The position numbers and the translations under genes were made by a program. The notes beneath the pieces are model-generated. The model worked only from the letters and a program-made list of their open reading frames with translations, did no database searches and was not told the DNA's origin. Shown one piece after another: positions 50,101 through 63,465 of a DNA stretch of 64,000 nucleotides; the stretch's first letter is position 1, and each line of letters opens with the position of its first letter. The stretch is taken from the NCBI GenBank assembly GCA_039621445.1, contig CP154954.1:43689847-43753846 (forward strand), read 5' to 3'. This stretch comes from Euglena gracilis (taxonomy: Eukaryota).

Positions 50101-53100
50101 AACAGTTGAACCTGTCTTGCTCAACGTTGTTACATTGGCCTCGGCAGGGTACACAGCAAATGCAAAGAGCCACCCAACTAGGGCAACATGGGTGGACCCG
50201 ATCGAGGCGCAAAAGGCACCGAGGGTTCTCCATGTGTATTACCCCTATTTGGGCGGTTCTTTGTGGCAACTGGTACCCAGTAGGGGCCAATTTATCAATG
50301 CAATCTGAGGGAGCTCTCTGGTTGGATTCATGTCTGGCCACGGCTGGCCGTGGCCTGCTGCAATTCCAAACATTGCATTGCCAGCAACGTCCATGGTTGG
50401 ATTTCTGGCTGGCGGCGGCAGACCGCGGCATGCCGCGGCTGCCAAATTCCAACCAGAGAAAATTTTTTTTGATCTTGGTTGGCCGTGGCCAGCCAACCAA
50501 ACACAATCTAACCTCCCACAGCCTCCCACAGCACACCTCCCGCTGATCTCCACCACATCCTCAGTTCCTTCCCAATGCTTTTCGTCATGTTTTGCGTATT
50601 CAGCAGCACAGCGGTATTTTCAAACCTCCACACATACACCCCAACCACCCACCACCCATCCACCCACCCACAGACACGTACCCACAGACCACATACACAT
50701 CCACACAGCACACAACACGCAACACACCCACCCGCCCCACCCACCTACCCCCCCCCCCTCTTTGATGTGCACAGACGCCAAAATGCACAGAACCGAACAA
50801 AAGACGGAGGCACACATTCATGCGCCTCAGCCCATTCTCAACCACAACGACTGCCCAGTGACACAACTGATGCATACCACCTCCACCCAATTTCCCCGCA
50901 CCTCGGCAAAGTGTTGGGTACCCCAGCCTCTCGAAGTCCCCCTCTGCCCCCACCTTCTCCCTCGCCCCGGGCACGGTGGCCGATGCGCGCGTCATCGGGG
51001 TGCTGGACATGGCGGACGAGAAGGGCGCCGACGCAAAGCTGCTGGCCGTGGTCCACCAGGACCCCCGCTTCCTGGAGGTCAACGACCTGCCCCCGGTGGG
51101 GTTTAACCCCTCCCAAAACAAGACCCCATCGACTGATTTTCAGCAAAAAAACCCCAGAAAAATCAGACCACCCCCCAAAATAAGACCCTCCCAGGATTCT
51201 TGAAAGAATTTGAAAGGCAAACTCCCTCAATTTGTGAAAATGCCCCAAAATGGGCGCTTTTTGTTTTAGTTTTCGTTTGCCATTTTTCATTGGTTGAGTT
51301 TGGCATTTTCGAGAAATTTTCCGCCCATTGCCAAAAATCGTGCAGCTTTGACTATTTTGACTGTACAGCTTTGACTAGTCTTGGACTCTCCCGCGGGAAC
51401 TCTTTTTTCTGAACGAATTTTGCAGCAAAAATAAAAAAGGGACTACCCCCCCCCCAAAATAAGACCCCTTTTGCGATTTTCAGCAACGGACCCAAAAAGA
51501 GACATTGCCAGACATCGTTTGGCAACTCTATGCTCCAGGGCATTGCTGCGTCGTGTACTCCTCCTATTGATGTCTCGTTTGGGTCTGCCCCCCCCCCCCC
51601 CCCGCATTGGAACGGGGAGGCGTGAACACAGGACCCCGCCGGGCCCCCAACGGACATCGGGGAGCACGTCAAGGTGGAGATCCAGCACTTCTTCGAGACG
51701 TACAAGTCGCTGGAGAAGGACAAGTGGTCCAAGGTGACCGGCTGGCGCAGCAAGAAGGCCGCCATCCAGGAGGTGCTCGACGCGGCCGCGACGTACGACC
51801 GCACCGCCACGGACTTCATCAACGTCCCCCGCCTGTACCACCTCGGCCGAGCTGGCCCTGCCCCCCCCCCCCCCCCCCCAAGGCCCCCCAAAGCACCCCC
51901 AGGTACTCATTGGCGCACGCATGAAGGCGCCTGGACATGACTCCAGGTTGTGGGTCAGGTGCTCTCGGCGCGACCGAGTCCCTTCCACAGTTGGAAGCAA
52001 AACCAAAGCAGAGCCTAGCAAAGATGAAGATGATGGAAGAAAATGAACCAGGGCAGAATTGAACAGAAGGAAAGGAAAGAACGACCAAGCCCCCCCTCCT
52101 GAGTCTGGTGAGGGCGTGACTTCCAGACGCCAAAATGCACGTGTTTCCCTCACCATCGGGTTGGCATCGTGCCTTTTCCTCCTAATTTTCAGTGTGTGGG
52201 CGGGGTGTGTGATCACGTGGTAATTGACCAGTGGAGCTGACAATCAGTGACAATCAGTGGAGCTGCTGGCATGGGGTCGGGCAGGGACCCGCAGGGGGGC
52301 TCGCAGGGGACATCGGGGTGGAGGCGCCAAAGGAGGTCAACGCCGTCATCGAGAACCCGAAGGGCTCTTCCAACAAGTACAAATTCAGCAAGGAGGTCGG
52401 CCTGTTGAAGCTGGACCGCGTGTTCCAGCCGCCGCCCCAACCCGCCACACCAATCTGCCTGCACTCGCCTGCAGGGTTGTACGGGAATCCCCGCAACCGG
52501 GTGGTGGGTGGGGGGGTTGGACCCACCCCCATTCTGGTGGGTCGGGGGCAAGCACCTATCGCTAAAGTGGCCTAAAATGGCCTAAAATGGCCTAAAATGG
52601 GAAATTTTTTGTTGCACAACAATTTTTTTTGTGAACAACTGTAGTCATTCAGGTAATGACTTTTGGTGTCTTTTGTCAATGTGTCCATTTTTTTTATCCC
52701 AACTAATAATAGTATCAGTCCCAAATCCACGGTCCCCAACCTTCTTTTGGAAGCTGAATTTTGAAGGTTTGGACAGTTGTGTTTTTCTTACTCCCATCTT
52801 TTTTTGGTGTGCAACGATGTCTGCTTCGCAAATAATGAAACAGTGCAAATTTGGCAAGGTGAAAAAGACAGAAAAAAATGAAAGATGTTAGAAAAAACTC
52901 AATTGGAAGAGGTGTATGCTTAATCGTTAGGTCCCGGGGATTCCTTCAAATCACGAACCATCACAATTTTGGGAATTTTCCAAAACCACAAATAATCACG
53001 CCGAATGATCAAATGACTAAACAACTACAAACAATTATGACCGATATTCTCTCCTATTTATGAACGTGTTCAGAGGGTTTTCTTTTTAGTGTTGCGTTTC

Positions 53101-56100
53101 TCCAAGGGGGAAACCAACCACGGAGAAGAGGAATTGTTTTGCCCTTTGATCTCTGCAATCGAAAAGGCCCCAATGGCTAAAACATTGCCAAAATCAAATT
53201 GAATTTCACCAGCGTTGGACCGAAAATCCCCAAATGACGTCTAAGGTTGGGGGTGTCTTATGGCGTGGGTGGGGTTATTTATTATTATTTGGGGGGAGGT
53301 TAAGGCTTGGGAGTCAATCTTCAGGTACCAACTTGTATGCATAACCCCCCCCCCCCAGAGTTTGGCTCCCCTCCTCCTTCCATTCAAATTTGGTTCCTTA
53401 ATTTGTCTATCTTGGCCCCAAAAAAGTTTTTTTTTCAAAAAAATTGGATTTTTTTTGTGCAAAGCCTCCTGAAAGTTTGACACTCGTGCAAACTTGCTCT
53501 CCCATCATCACGTCATAGTGGTGGTCTGTGAAATACCCGACAAAAAAGTATCCACTCATTACCCTCAATTCCCCCACCTTCTCGAGTTAAACCCCTCAAA
53601 ATTGCTCCACACACAACACACAACCTAAAACTTTGGAAAACATAGATTTTGGACCAGATGGAAAAAATATAAGCCACGTGCAGACAATGAAGATGAATTA
53701 TTCCCCCAGAAAGTCAGAAACTTCTTTTTGCGAAATCCCGCAAAATGGTATAGATTTCACAAAATACAAAAAACTGGGCGCTTCCTCGATCGCAAAAATA
53801 AAAACTTTTAATCTTTGTCCAACGTTTTTTTCTAAAAATTTTTTCATTCCCATAAATTCTTACTGTTCAGAATTCCTCTATGGGCATGAATTAAGATTTG
53901 TTGAGCCTCCCATGGTTTTGATCCAGTGTTCATGAATTTTGCATGCTTTTTTGGATGCACATTTCTCATTACTGAAAAAGAGAAGGTTCGCACACGTTAT
54001 TATGCAGTTTTTGGGACAAAAATGACGCAAAATAACGATTTTCAGAACCCCCACCTATACCTTAAAATGGCCTAAAATGGCCTTAAATGGCCTATAATGG
54101 CCTAAAATGGGGGAATTTTTGGGCTGGACTATAGGTGCTTGGTTGGGGGGGGGGGTCTGACCACCCCCTACCAGGCCTTCTCGTATTTCCGGGTCGCCGA
54201 TATTTAGGTCAAAATTTTACTTCGGCGCCTTTGGTGCCTAAGTCATTTTCTTTGCGCTGTTGCCGTGGTTGGTGGGGTCGGCCCCCCCCCCCCCCCCTCC
54301 TGGCTTTCCAGCGCAGCCCTTGCCCCCTGTCAGGTGAGGGTGCTTGGACGCCGCCACCATTGTGGTGCCCCCTCCCTCTGCCAGGCAGGGCTGATATCCC
54401 CCCCCCAAAATTGGCAGGGTGTGCCTAATTCCTGGCACCGTCTTTTCCCCCTTCCCCTCCGCCAGGTTATTTGGCCACCTCTTTCAGTGCCGGTAAGGAC
54501 TGTTTCCTTAAATTGGGGGGCCAGGGTACTGGAACCATCTTTTCTGGCTTACCCCCCTGCCAAATTATTCGGGCACTGCCAAGGACAAGGGTCCTGCCAC
54601 GTGATTTGGGGAGGTTTACTTTGGTCCCACCCCCCTTCCAGGGTTCAGGTGCAGTGTTTGTGGACAGCATCAGGCAGGATGGCCAGAACGCTGCCTTCGG
54701 TGGATGCCTGGTCGGGGCAATCATGCCACGACCAGGCATACCTTGTGGCTGGGGCGGTGGGGCCACTCCTCTGCCTTCTACCCCGGCAACTACGGCTTCA
54801 TTCCCCAGACCCTGGGCTCCGACGGCAACCCGATGGACGTCCTCATCCTCTCCTCATTCCCTCCTGGACCTCCCCATCATCTGTGATGGGTTGATTGGGG
54901 GGAGGTGGGGGTAGTGGGGGGCAAGGCGCCACCATACAATCACTTATCACTGGCCGACCCCGCCCCCCCGGGGTGGGTGGCTGGTTTTTTTTCAGAGTGA
55001 CCGACTGGTTTTTGGCCCGGACCCCCTCCCCCCCGTGGGGGTCAGCAAAAAAACCACCAAAGTTACCTGGCGCCAAAGGAGTGAAAATTTTTTGGCTTTT
55101 TTTTCATGTTTTTTTGGGTCAAATTTCCTTTGGATTCCAGAGTGGTTGACCCCCCCCCCCCCGGGTCGGTAAAAATGTAATGGGCGCCACCCCAGCGCTT
55201 TTCCTGACGCTGGGGTGCATGCAAAGTGAGCGCTAGTTTTGAAGGGGGTGGGGGAAATCTGCCCCATCCCCTTGCCCTGAGGGGAGGGGAGTTCCAAATG
55301 CCCTCCCTTTGGGGCGAGGGAGGGGTGCCCACTCTGGGTGGAGGGGTCAATCGGCCATCGGGAAGAATGCCTGACCCAAAGCGCCAGGCATTTTGGGAGT
55401 TTGCTGTTATTTTGGGGGGTTTCAAAGATGTCCTCCAAATCGAGTTATCCAACTTTTTTTTGACAGATCAGCAAACAACCAGTAGACAATGTAATGCTCA
55501 ATCAATAGCAAAACCAGCTCTCTTCTGGTTTGAAGCAGAGGGGTTTTGGAACCCTCCTCTCTTGTCTACCCCAACCCCCCTCCCTTATCCCAACTCCCAC
55601 CCATCTGCACACCAACCAACACACACAACTCACACACCACACACACACAGCACACACACACCCACGCACGCACGCACGCCACCACCACGCATGCACGCAC
55701 TCCACGCACGCAACGCCACGCACGCAGCGCACGCAAAACGCACGCACGCACGCACTCACGCACTCACGCCGCGCACTCACCACGCACTCACGCACGCAAC
55801 GCACGCACGCACACCACACACACACCCACAGCCACCACACGTGCACCGCGGCCACACCTTTGGCAGCCATTGGGGGGGAGGTTCCGCCTCTGCTGCACTT
55901 CCAGTGCGTGGTGGCGTGCGGGCCGGTGGCCCCAGCTCTCCCCTGGTCGACGAGCGTGGCCCCACCAAAGATCACGCCGGGCGTAAAGTAGCCGGCTCAT
56001 AGGGCGAGATCCAGGACCTGGACACGCTGCCTGCCCACGTCAAGGAGGAGATCCACAACTTCTTCCTCCACTACAAGGTGTGTACCACGCAGTGTGTTGT

Positions 56101-58617
56101 GTGTGTTGTGTGTGTTGTGTGAGCGCTCAAGCTTGAACATCCTCCAGGGATTGATATCTACAATTCTCTTGCAACTTTTCATTTTCAGCCGAAATTTTGA
56201 TCCGCACCAACTTTTTCAGTCCGCAATTTCCTGCAGTTTTCTGCAGTTTTTTTTTTCTGTACAAGATTCTCCCTTCTTTTCTCCCTCAGTCCGCATAAAA
56301 AATTGAAATGAAGGTGCAATGAGAATGCAAGTGCTTTTTGCTTTTTTCCCTCAGAAAACTTTTCAAAAAGCAAATTCTTGTTACATTTCTCTGACCTTGC
56401 AAAATGGATAAAAATGCCGGTATATATAATTTTTTTTTCCAATTCCCCCCGGTCAGAGAAAAGAATTGACATTTTTCGACATCCACCGGAAACAAAAATC
56501 AAAAAAATTGTTTTTTTCCCGCAAATTCATGATCAGAATCCTGAAAACAATGTTGGCAAACTTTTCTAGGACAGGTTACCGACCGGCACGGAAAACTGTA
56601 TCCTATCTCTGTACTCGCTGACTTGTCTGAGACAGTTTCCCGGGGGGGGGGGGGAGGGGCGAGACAGTTTCCTGAGTGGGTTTCAAGTTGGTGTGCTTGC
56701 GGGACAGGGCTGCCCCAGGAGGTGCCTTCGGACCCTGAACAGACACCTCCCACAAATTTGTCCCCAGTTTGGTGGACTTGTCCACCAACCTGGGAACCAC
56801 ACCTGCTGGGGTCGTGGACTGGAGTAACCGGTGCGTTGACACGGTGAAGGAGACCCCCCCCCCCTAACTGTGGAGTATGTGCTTGGCGGGCGCTTGGTGG
56901 CCGGCAAAGAAAACAAGGAAAGACCCCCAAGCTCCGGCCACCTCCAAAAACACAGACAAAAGGGCCAGAGGCGGACAACAGCTCCAGGCCAGAAGAAGGG
57001 ATAAAAGGCACCAAAAAACAGCCGCGGTGCACGTAGGGGGGTAGGTTTGACTTAGAGACAACGTACCCAGGCCAGGGGTTTCGAAGGGATAAGTGTTATA
57101 TGCCCCCCCTGTCCAACCAGGCTTGCCCTACGACTGGTCAGATGTGATCTTTTTGGAAAGCGATGTTGGTTCCATAAATCAGGGAATAATTGTGAACTAA
57201 TTTGCTTTTTTTTTTTGCAAATAAAGAAAGCTGGACAAAAATGGCATGAAAATGCAAGATGCCAGGACTCAATATGGCTAAAAAGTAAAAGTAAATTTCT
57301 GACGGCGGCTTGATATTGCGCTATGTTGCGACACATGGCCAAGAGTTGCCAAAAGTTGGCTAAAAAATTGCTGAAAGTGCCCTAAAAATGGCCAAAGGTG
57401 ACTTAAAAAGAGTGCCCCCCCCCCCCCTTGACCCCCTCCTCCTTACATGCAAACTTGGCCTTCCGCCTTTTGCACATGGCCGCCAAAATTCTTAACGCGA
57501 AACAAACTCTCCCCCAATGAGGTTGACCCAAAGTTGTCCCCATAAGGCTGTCCCCCAAAGGTGCTCCAAAGTGGCCAAAGTGACGAAATTAACCCCAAAG
57601 GGCCACCAGAGCAGCTTAAAGCGGCCAACTACTGCCATCTTTGCCCAGTTTTTTTTTGCTGCTGGGTCCCCCCTGTCTCACGACCCCTCCCCCTGGTCGG
57701 AGACGAACATCAGTGATCGTTGGACAAGGGGGTGTGTTGTGGACGAGTGCACAAGCACCTCTTCATTCCACACAAAAGCAGTGAAAAGAGCGGGAAAAGG
57801 CAGATACTACAAGTGGTGAACCATATCCATCCCCCGCTTCAGTTTCCCACTACCTCGTCGTGTCGGGACTGAGGAGGACCTACTGGGGCGTCGGGACTGA
57901 GGAGGGAGGGGGGGTTCCGGGACTACCCCCTCCCCCCCTCTCGCTTAACACCTTTTTTTGCGTCCCAACAGGACCTGGAGGACACCGCCTCGTTCTCCCG
58001 CATCACCGGCTGTTGCGACCTGCATGACGCCATCGAGAATATCCTCGCTTGCCACGAGCTGTTCTACCTCTTCGGGCAGCGCATGTACGAGGCCGCCCAG
58101 TTCCAACCCTACCCCCGCTGGCGGTTCACAGATAACATTTAATGTATAATAACAGATAATGTGCATTATCTGTGTTTTTTTCCATGTCATGCTCCAACAT
58201 AATATCCCTTTCTAGGGGAGAAGAGCCCATCTCCAGTGCCCCCCTCTCCTTTTCGAGGGGATTGGCAATACTGGAAGGAGACGGCAACGCAGCGGAACAC
58301 CCCGTTCTGAGCACCCCGAGAGGGGTGGGCGGGGCACCCTTGGCATAATTTGTGGTTTGACAATTTGGTTAAATGTATTCAGCTTCCTAGACACATTTTG
58401 GTACATTGCAATGTGTTCCACGCACCAGTCTGTCGGGCAGGCAGGGGGAGGGTGGCGGTGCGGTCGGGGCGGCTCTGCCGGGGAGGCCAAGGTCTTCAGC
58501 CTGGAGCAGGAGAACACGTCCCTGAAGGCGGAGGTGCAGGCAGTCCGCAGCCACTGCGACGCCGCAGTGGCGAAGCTGCAGGAGCAGATGCGGGCGCTGG
58601 AGAAGAAGGTCGGCTGA
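45813..58617 (+). CDS. ppa: Soluble inorganic pyrophosphatase (family I), three tandem domains plus C-terminal coiled coil
   Basis: Exons ~45813-45962, ~46346-46474, ~47253-47352, 47571-47641, 48051-48213, 49204-~49394, ~49580-49770, 50952-51088, 51649-51844, 52309-~52425, ~54764-54862, ~55900-56077, 57972-~58095 and ~58483-58617. Motifs IE.P.G..NKY, LDRV, YP..YGF.P.TL..DG.P.D, DE.G.D.K and EI..FF..YK each recur three times. Confidence 0.9.
52549..54141. mobile_element. hAT-like non-autonomous element in a PPase intron
   Basis: TIR CAAGCACCTAT/ATAGGTGCTTG, TSD GTCGGGGG/GTTGGGGG, subterminal (AAAATGGCCT)n at both ends. Confidence 0.82.
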
Positions 58618-60661
58618 CCCTTTCCCGCCCGGCGGCACGGCCGGCTGTCTGACACGGACCGGGTTGTCCCGGGGCAGGTTTCCCCGAAGGAAAGCCGCTC
58701 TGTCGCAAAAGCATCGCCGCGGTGCCAGTGAAACTTCCTGGAAGGAAGCACTTGAAGCCTAACCGACCCCCCTATGTTTAAGACCCCCCCCCCCCCGGTT
58801 GAAGGACACCTTGTCGGTCCGTGCCTTCCCCCGCCCGGCCGCCGGCCGCAGCGCGTGTGGCGCCGCGGCCAACGCGGCTTGGATGCGCCGGGGACAGACC
58901 CCGTCCCCGGGCCGAGGGAGGGCCACACCGGAGGGCAGCCGTGTCCAGGGGCCGGTGGGGAAGCGCAGGTCCCCCACTTTCCTCCCCTGCCGACGTTGAC
59001 GGGTGGCTCGCCGTTGGCGCCCGCCACTTCACCAGTAGCCACCCCCCCCCCCCAATGTCCGACAACCACCCTCCCCCCGGTCGGAGGACACCTTTTTGGA
59101 CGTTATTTGGAGGCCCAAAGTGGCTCAAAATTCATTCAAAATAGTCGAAATTGCAGCGGGCACAATCCAGTTGGAGGGGGGCGGGTGCGCACTTATCAGG
59201 GAGGGAGTTTCAGGGGATGCAGACCCTAGGGATGTGTATTTATTAGGGTGTGTTACAGTTAGGACGGTGGGGTTCAGTGGGCCCAACTTTTTTGTTAAGG
59301 GTGGCCATCGTCTGTGTGCGTTGTGTGTGTATGAGTGTTTTGTGGATTGCTGTGGGTGGGTGGGTGGGTGTGCGCGCGCGCGTGCTACCATCCCCCCCTC
59401 AGCATTTCCCCATCGCCGGACCCTGCCCTTGGTCACAAGGATGGGTTTGTGAGCTGCTTGGCCTGCCCCGGCTCTGTGTTCCCCCCGACCGATTCCCCTC
59501 CCGAGACAGCCAGGTAAACCACTCCGCTGGGTGCAGTGCTGGACCACAAGTGGGAGCAAGGGAAGAACGTGGCAAATTTGGCCTGCCGCATTTCTGAAGT
59601 ATCCCGACCCCCCGCTTTTATGGTCAGCCTCGAAAATACAAATGATTGGCCAAAAATTTTTGCCCCATGAATAAATTGTGGTCTTTTGCTATAGAGCTAC
59701 CCCCCCCGAAGCCCCGAAGCCCCGAAGCCCAGCTGTCATGTTCGTCTCATATTACACGCCCTCATGAACAAACTCAAGTTTATTTTGAGAAGCTGAGTCA
59801 TTCACTCCAATGGTGCCGGCGTCCATCTTTCTTAGGCGGCGTAAACTGCCCAAAATTTCTGACCCGTCCGAAACGGAAGAGGAAGCGGAAACCTGCTTCC
59901 AAAAAGGCCCATTTTTTGAGGTTTCAGAAGAGGTCCCGATTTCGGCCAATTCTGATGGACGTTTGGCTTGTAGTAACAGAGTCCTATAAAGTCCAAAACA
60001 GACCCGAAGCACCACTTTTATTTTCAAATTGTATGCAAATGAACGAAACCAACACAAAAATTGCAAAAACAGGAGGAACGTGCAGATTCACACCTGGTTC
60101 CTGCTGCCGCCGGCGAGGAAAGAACTCGAATCCCCCTGCAAAGGGGGAAAAAAGAAAATCACAAAATCAGGAAGCGGTAAAAATGACATTCCGCTTCAAA
60201 ATCAGATGTAGATCACCGGAAACTAAAAAAAAAACACGCAGAATCATATGCGATGAAAAGCAAACAGAACATGCTTGAAAATTTTCAGAAACAATAAGGA
60301 AGCGGAAAACCGCTTTGATAAGAACTGGAGTGCAAAATCGGATGCAAGTGTGTGATGTCCAACCAATCAGCAGTCCTTTCAGACAAAACATTGTTCCTCA
60401 TTTCAAAGGATATAATGAACCATAGAAACCGAGAAGTGAATATTTCGCACAAGCAAACGGACAAAATGCACAATAGAAATTGCGAATAACATCTATGCAC
60501 TACAAATCGTAAGACACAAAACAATACACACCTTTACTGCTTCTGTTGGCGACTGAACTGCTCAGTCATAAGGAGGCGATGGGGAATAACCTGCGAAATA
60601 AAAACATGATAACGAAGAAGCGGTCTTCCGCTTCCTTAAACTGAAGGTAAGAAATTTAAAC

Positions 60662-60945
60662 GGCAGCCCGAAAACTACTGGGCCCCCCGGGGGGGGCCAG
60701 TAGTTAATCAGGGGGGTCAGAATAGTTTTTTTTTGCGTTAATGATGGAATAGGGTTAGGTGCGCGACTTAGGCTTAGGGTTAGGCCTAATTTATAGACGG
60801 GTGTTCGGTGTACAAGTTAGGCCTAACCCTAAGCCTAAGTCGCGCACCTAACCCTATTCCATCACTAACGCAAAAATTTTTTTTTGACCCCCCGGATTAA
60901 CTACTGCCCCCCCCCCCCGGGGGGGCCCAGTAGTTTCAGGCTGCC
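60662..60945. mobile_element. Foldback MITE with GGCAGCC termini and 8-bp TSD (Merlin-like)
   Basis: Near-complete hairpin with TSD ATTTAAAC at 60654-60661 and 60946-60953. A related element lies at ~15900-16184. Confidence 0.8.
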
Positions 60946-62730
60946 ATTTAAACATATCAGGGTCCCAAACTGCATACATCGAACTAAGAACAACGCTGAA
61001 CCATTTGAATAGAGAAACTCACCACATACACTGAAGCATCAAACACACAACGTACATAAAAGTCTCAGCTGTGATGTATTCCACAGCAGAGTCATAAAAC
61101 AGAGTGTATGATCTATTTCTACTCCTGCCAAGGCACTCATGTGACAGATCCGACAACCCCCCGAGGCCCCGAGTTCCGCAGCCATGCCAAAGACACACAC
61201 AAATGAAAGACACAGCGAAATAGGCATGTGAAGTGCGCGAAGCAGTGTGGGTGTTTGAGGGCTGGGTCTGGGTCTGGGTCTGGGTCTGGGTCTGGGTCTG
61301 GGTCTGGGCCTCGCTTGTCCCTCCCTCGCCGGCGACACCAGCCGCCCGCTGCCACCACGGCCGCCGCAGCCGCCCGCTCACTCATTGTCAACCACCATCT
61401 CCTGATGTTCTCCAGGGCGGACCGCTTCCTCGGCATCAGGGAGTGGCGCAGACTGGAAACAGAGCAGACAGAAACCGGAGTTTCGTTGAGACGCCTTTGT
61501 CTTGCTCATTCTTGAAGGGAGGTTATAGGTTAATATGAACACAGACGTTGTCCATGAAAGACAGTGTGCAAAAGGTGGATGGATTTCTCAGATTGTATTA
61601 ACGAAGCGGAAAAACGCTTCCTCAGAAATGAAGAACAATTACTGAATACAATGAAACAGAACATAATAAAGCAAACACCATGATCAAAAGACTACTGCGC
61701 CTCTCCCTGTATGCCGGCCGCCCGGCGGGACTGCTTCCCCCGAGCGCCCTTCTTGGGCGTGTCCTTGTTCTTCTTGTCGGGTTTGTCCTTGGACTCTTTC
61801 TCCTTGGGCTTGTCCTGGGACTCTTTGGCCTCCTTGGACTTGGACTCCTTCGGGTCCCAGCCGCCCCTCCGTCGGCGGTGCGGGGGCGGTCTCCGTCCCT
61901 TCCGGGATGAACCTGGAGACGTTCAGGGCCAGGTGGCGGATGATCCTGCTGTGGACTTCCTTGGCCCCAGGGCAATGCAATTGCCATGTAAGGATGAAGA
62001 ACGGATTAACAGACGACAAACACACCCGCAAAAAATACGAAATGTCATTGGAAGCGGTTTTACGCTGCACTTTTTGAAAAACCAGAAAAAAGCATAAGGA
62101 AAGACCCAAAGGGACTCTAATGGCCCTCATTAAAAATCGCAAGGATGTGAAACCCCTGATGAAACTGAACATCCGGGGCCAACAAGTGGCATAACCATGC
62201 CCCACCCTGAATCCATGCCACGTGTTCTCATTTTGAAATTATTGTCTGTTCTTTTTGGTACAACCGCGTGGGTGATCACTGACATTACTCGGAGGGGCAT
62301 GACTGCCTGCCGTGATCACAGTCACTACCCTACCCTGTGGACTAACCAGGTGATCACCGGCACTACCCAGTATCTTGATCTCGGTATATACACTCTCCTC
62401 CCATCTTTCTTTAGCTGCCCAGTACAATGTGACTCAGCAGTACACCCGAAAGCTATCATCTGCCAAGAAACTGCGTACAATCCATACTGATGATCCCGAC
62501 TGCCTGGGTGATCACAGTCGCTACCCACATATGTGCGGCTTCATATCGAAGCGGATTCCCGCTGCCTCTAGTAAAAGCAAAAAGTTGGCTGTCGCCAGTA
62601 GGGAACCACAGGACGTATGTGGAGGGGGTGGGCAGTCCCCGCCACATGCGGCTTTTGCTGACCATAGCGAGCGGCAGCCCACTAAGGCATGCAGGTAAAC
62701 TACGTGAATGCGTGTGGTTTGGACCGTTTA

Positions 62731-63465
62731 CACTACGTCTCTCAAGGTTATTCACGTGGCACTGTTTTGAGGTTTTTCACGTGGGTTTAAAAAAAATGAA
62801 AAACCGAAAAAATTGTGGCGGTCACTTTCTGTTGGCAGGAAGCTGAACCTGCAGTCCCAAAATACTTATATTTCGTGCCTTGTGGTTCCTGTTCCTTCCC
62901 CAGTCACACAATGACCAGATCTCACGCTTGCGGTGAGCTTAGGCGGCGTGTCCGGGCAGAGGTGCTGGCGCATGCCGCACTTGTCCCGCGACCGTTTGCC
63001 ACAGCAATAGCCAGGGCTCCCCACACCAGCCTTCCACCATGAACTTTTTGAGTAGGAACTGTGTAAATTTGCTGACCCCCTGGCCTCCGCAGTCCCCCGG
63101 TTTAAATCCGGTGGAACACTGCTGGGCTTGGCTTGCTTCCCGCCTTGTTGGGAAGCGCTTTTCGTCTTGTGATGAGCTGTGGACAGCTCTCCAACAGGAG
63201 TGGTTCCAGGCCCCTCCTACCTGGTCCCAAATCTGTATGGCAGCATGGTCCGTCGTTTGACGGCTGTGCAGGTGGCCAAGGGCCTGCACACCCGCGATTA
63301 AACAACATAAGAGGCACCAGGGGAGTGTGCCAAGCGATATTTGTCACCCCATGTGCTGCTTTGCCTGCCATTTGGACGTCATCCCACAGAAACAGAATTT
63401 TTTATTTTTTAACCCACGTGAAAACCTTGAAACGGTGCCACGTGAATAAACCTTGAGATGCAGTG
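62731..63465 (+). mobile_element. Non-autonomous Tc1/mariner element with transposase C-terminal relic
   Basis: ~60-bp TIRs (CACT...TCTCAAGGTT(T)ATTCACGTGGCAC...), TA on both sides, and relic WPPQSPGLNPVEHCW...DELWTALQQEW at 63039-63260. The empty site is present in copy 1 at ~29504. Confidence 0.9.

Noticed and set aside
49096-50154. 352-aa minus-strand ORF
   Set aside because: Antisense shadow of GC-rich PPase exons.
45813-58617. Scattered bacterial ppa pseudogene fragments or contamination
   Set aside because: The fragments are colinear and most join in frame through rule-obeying introns.
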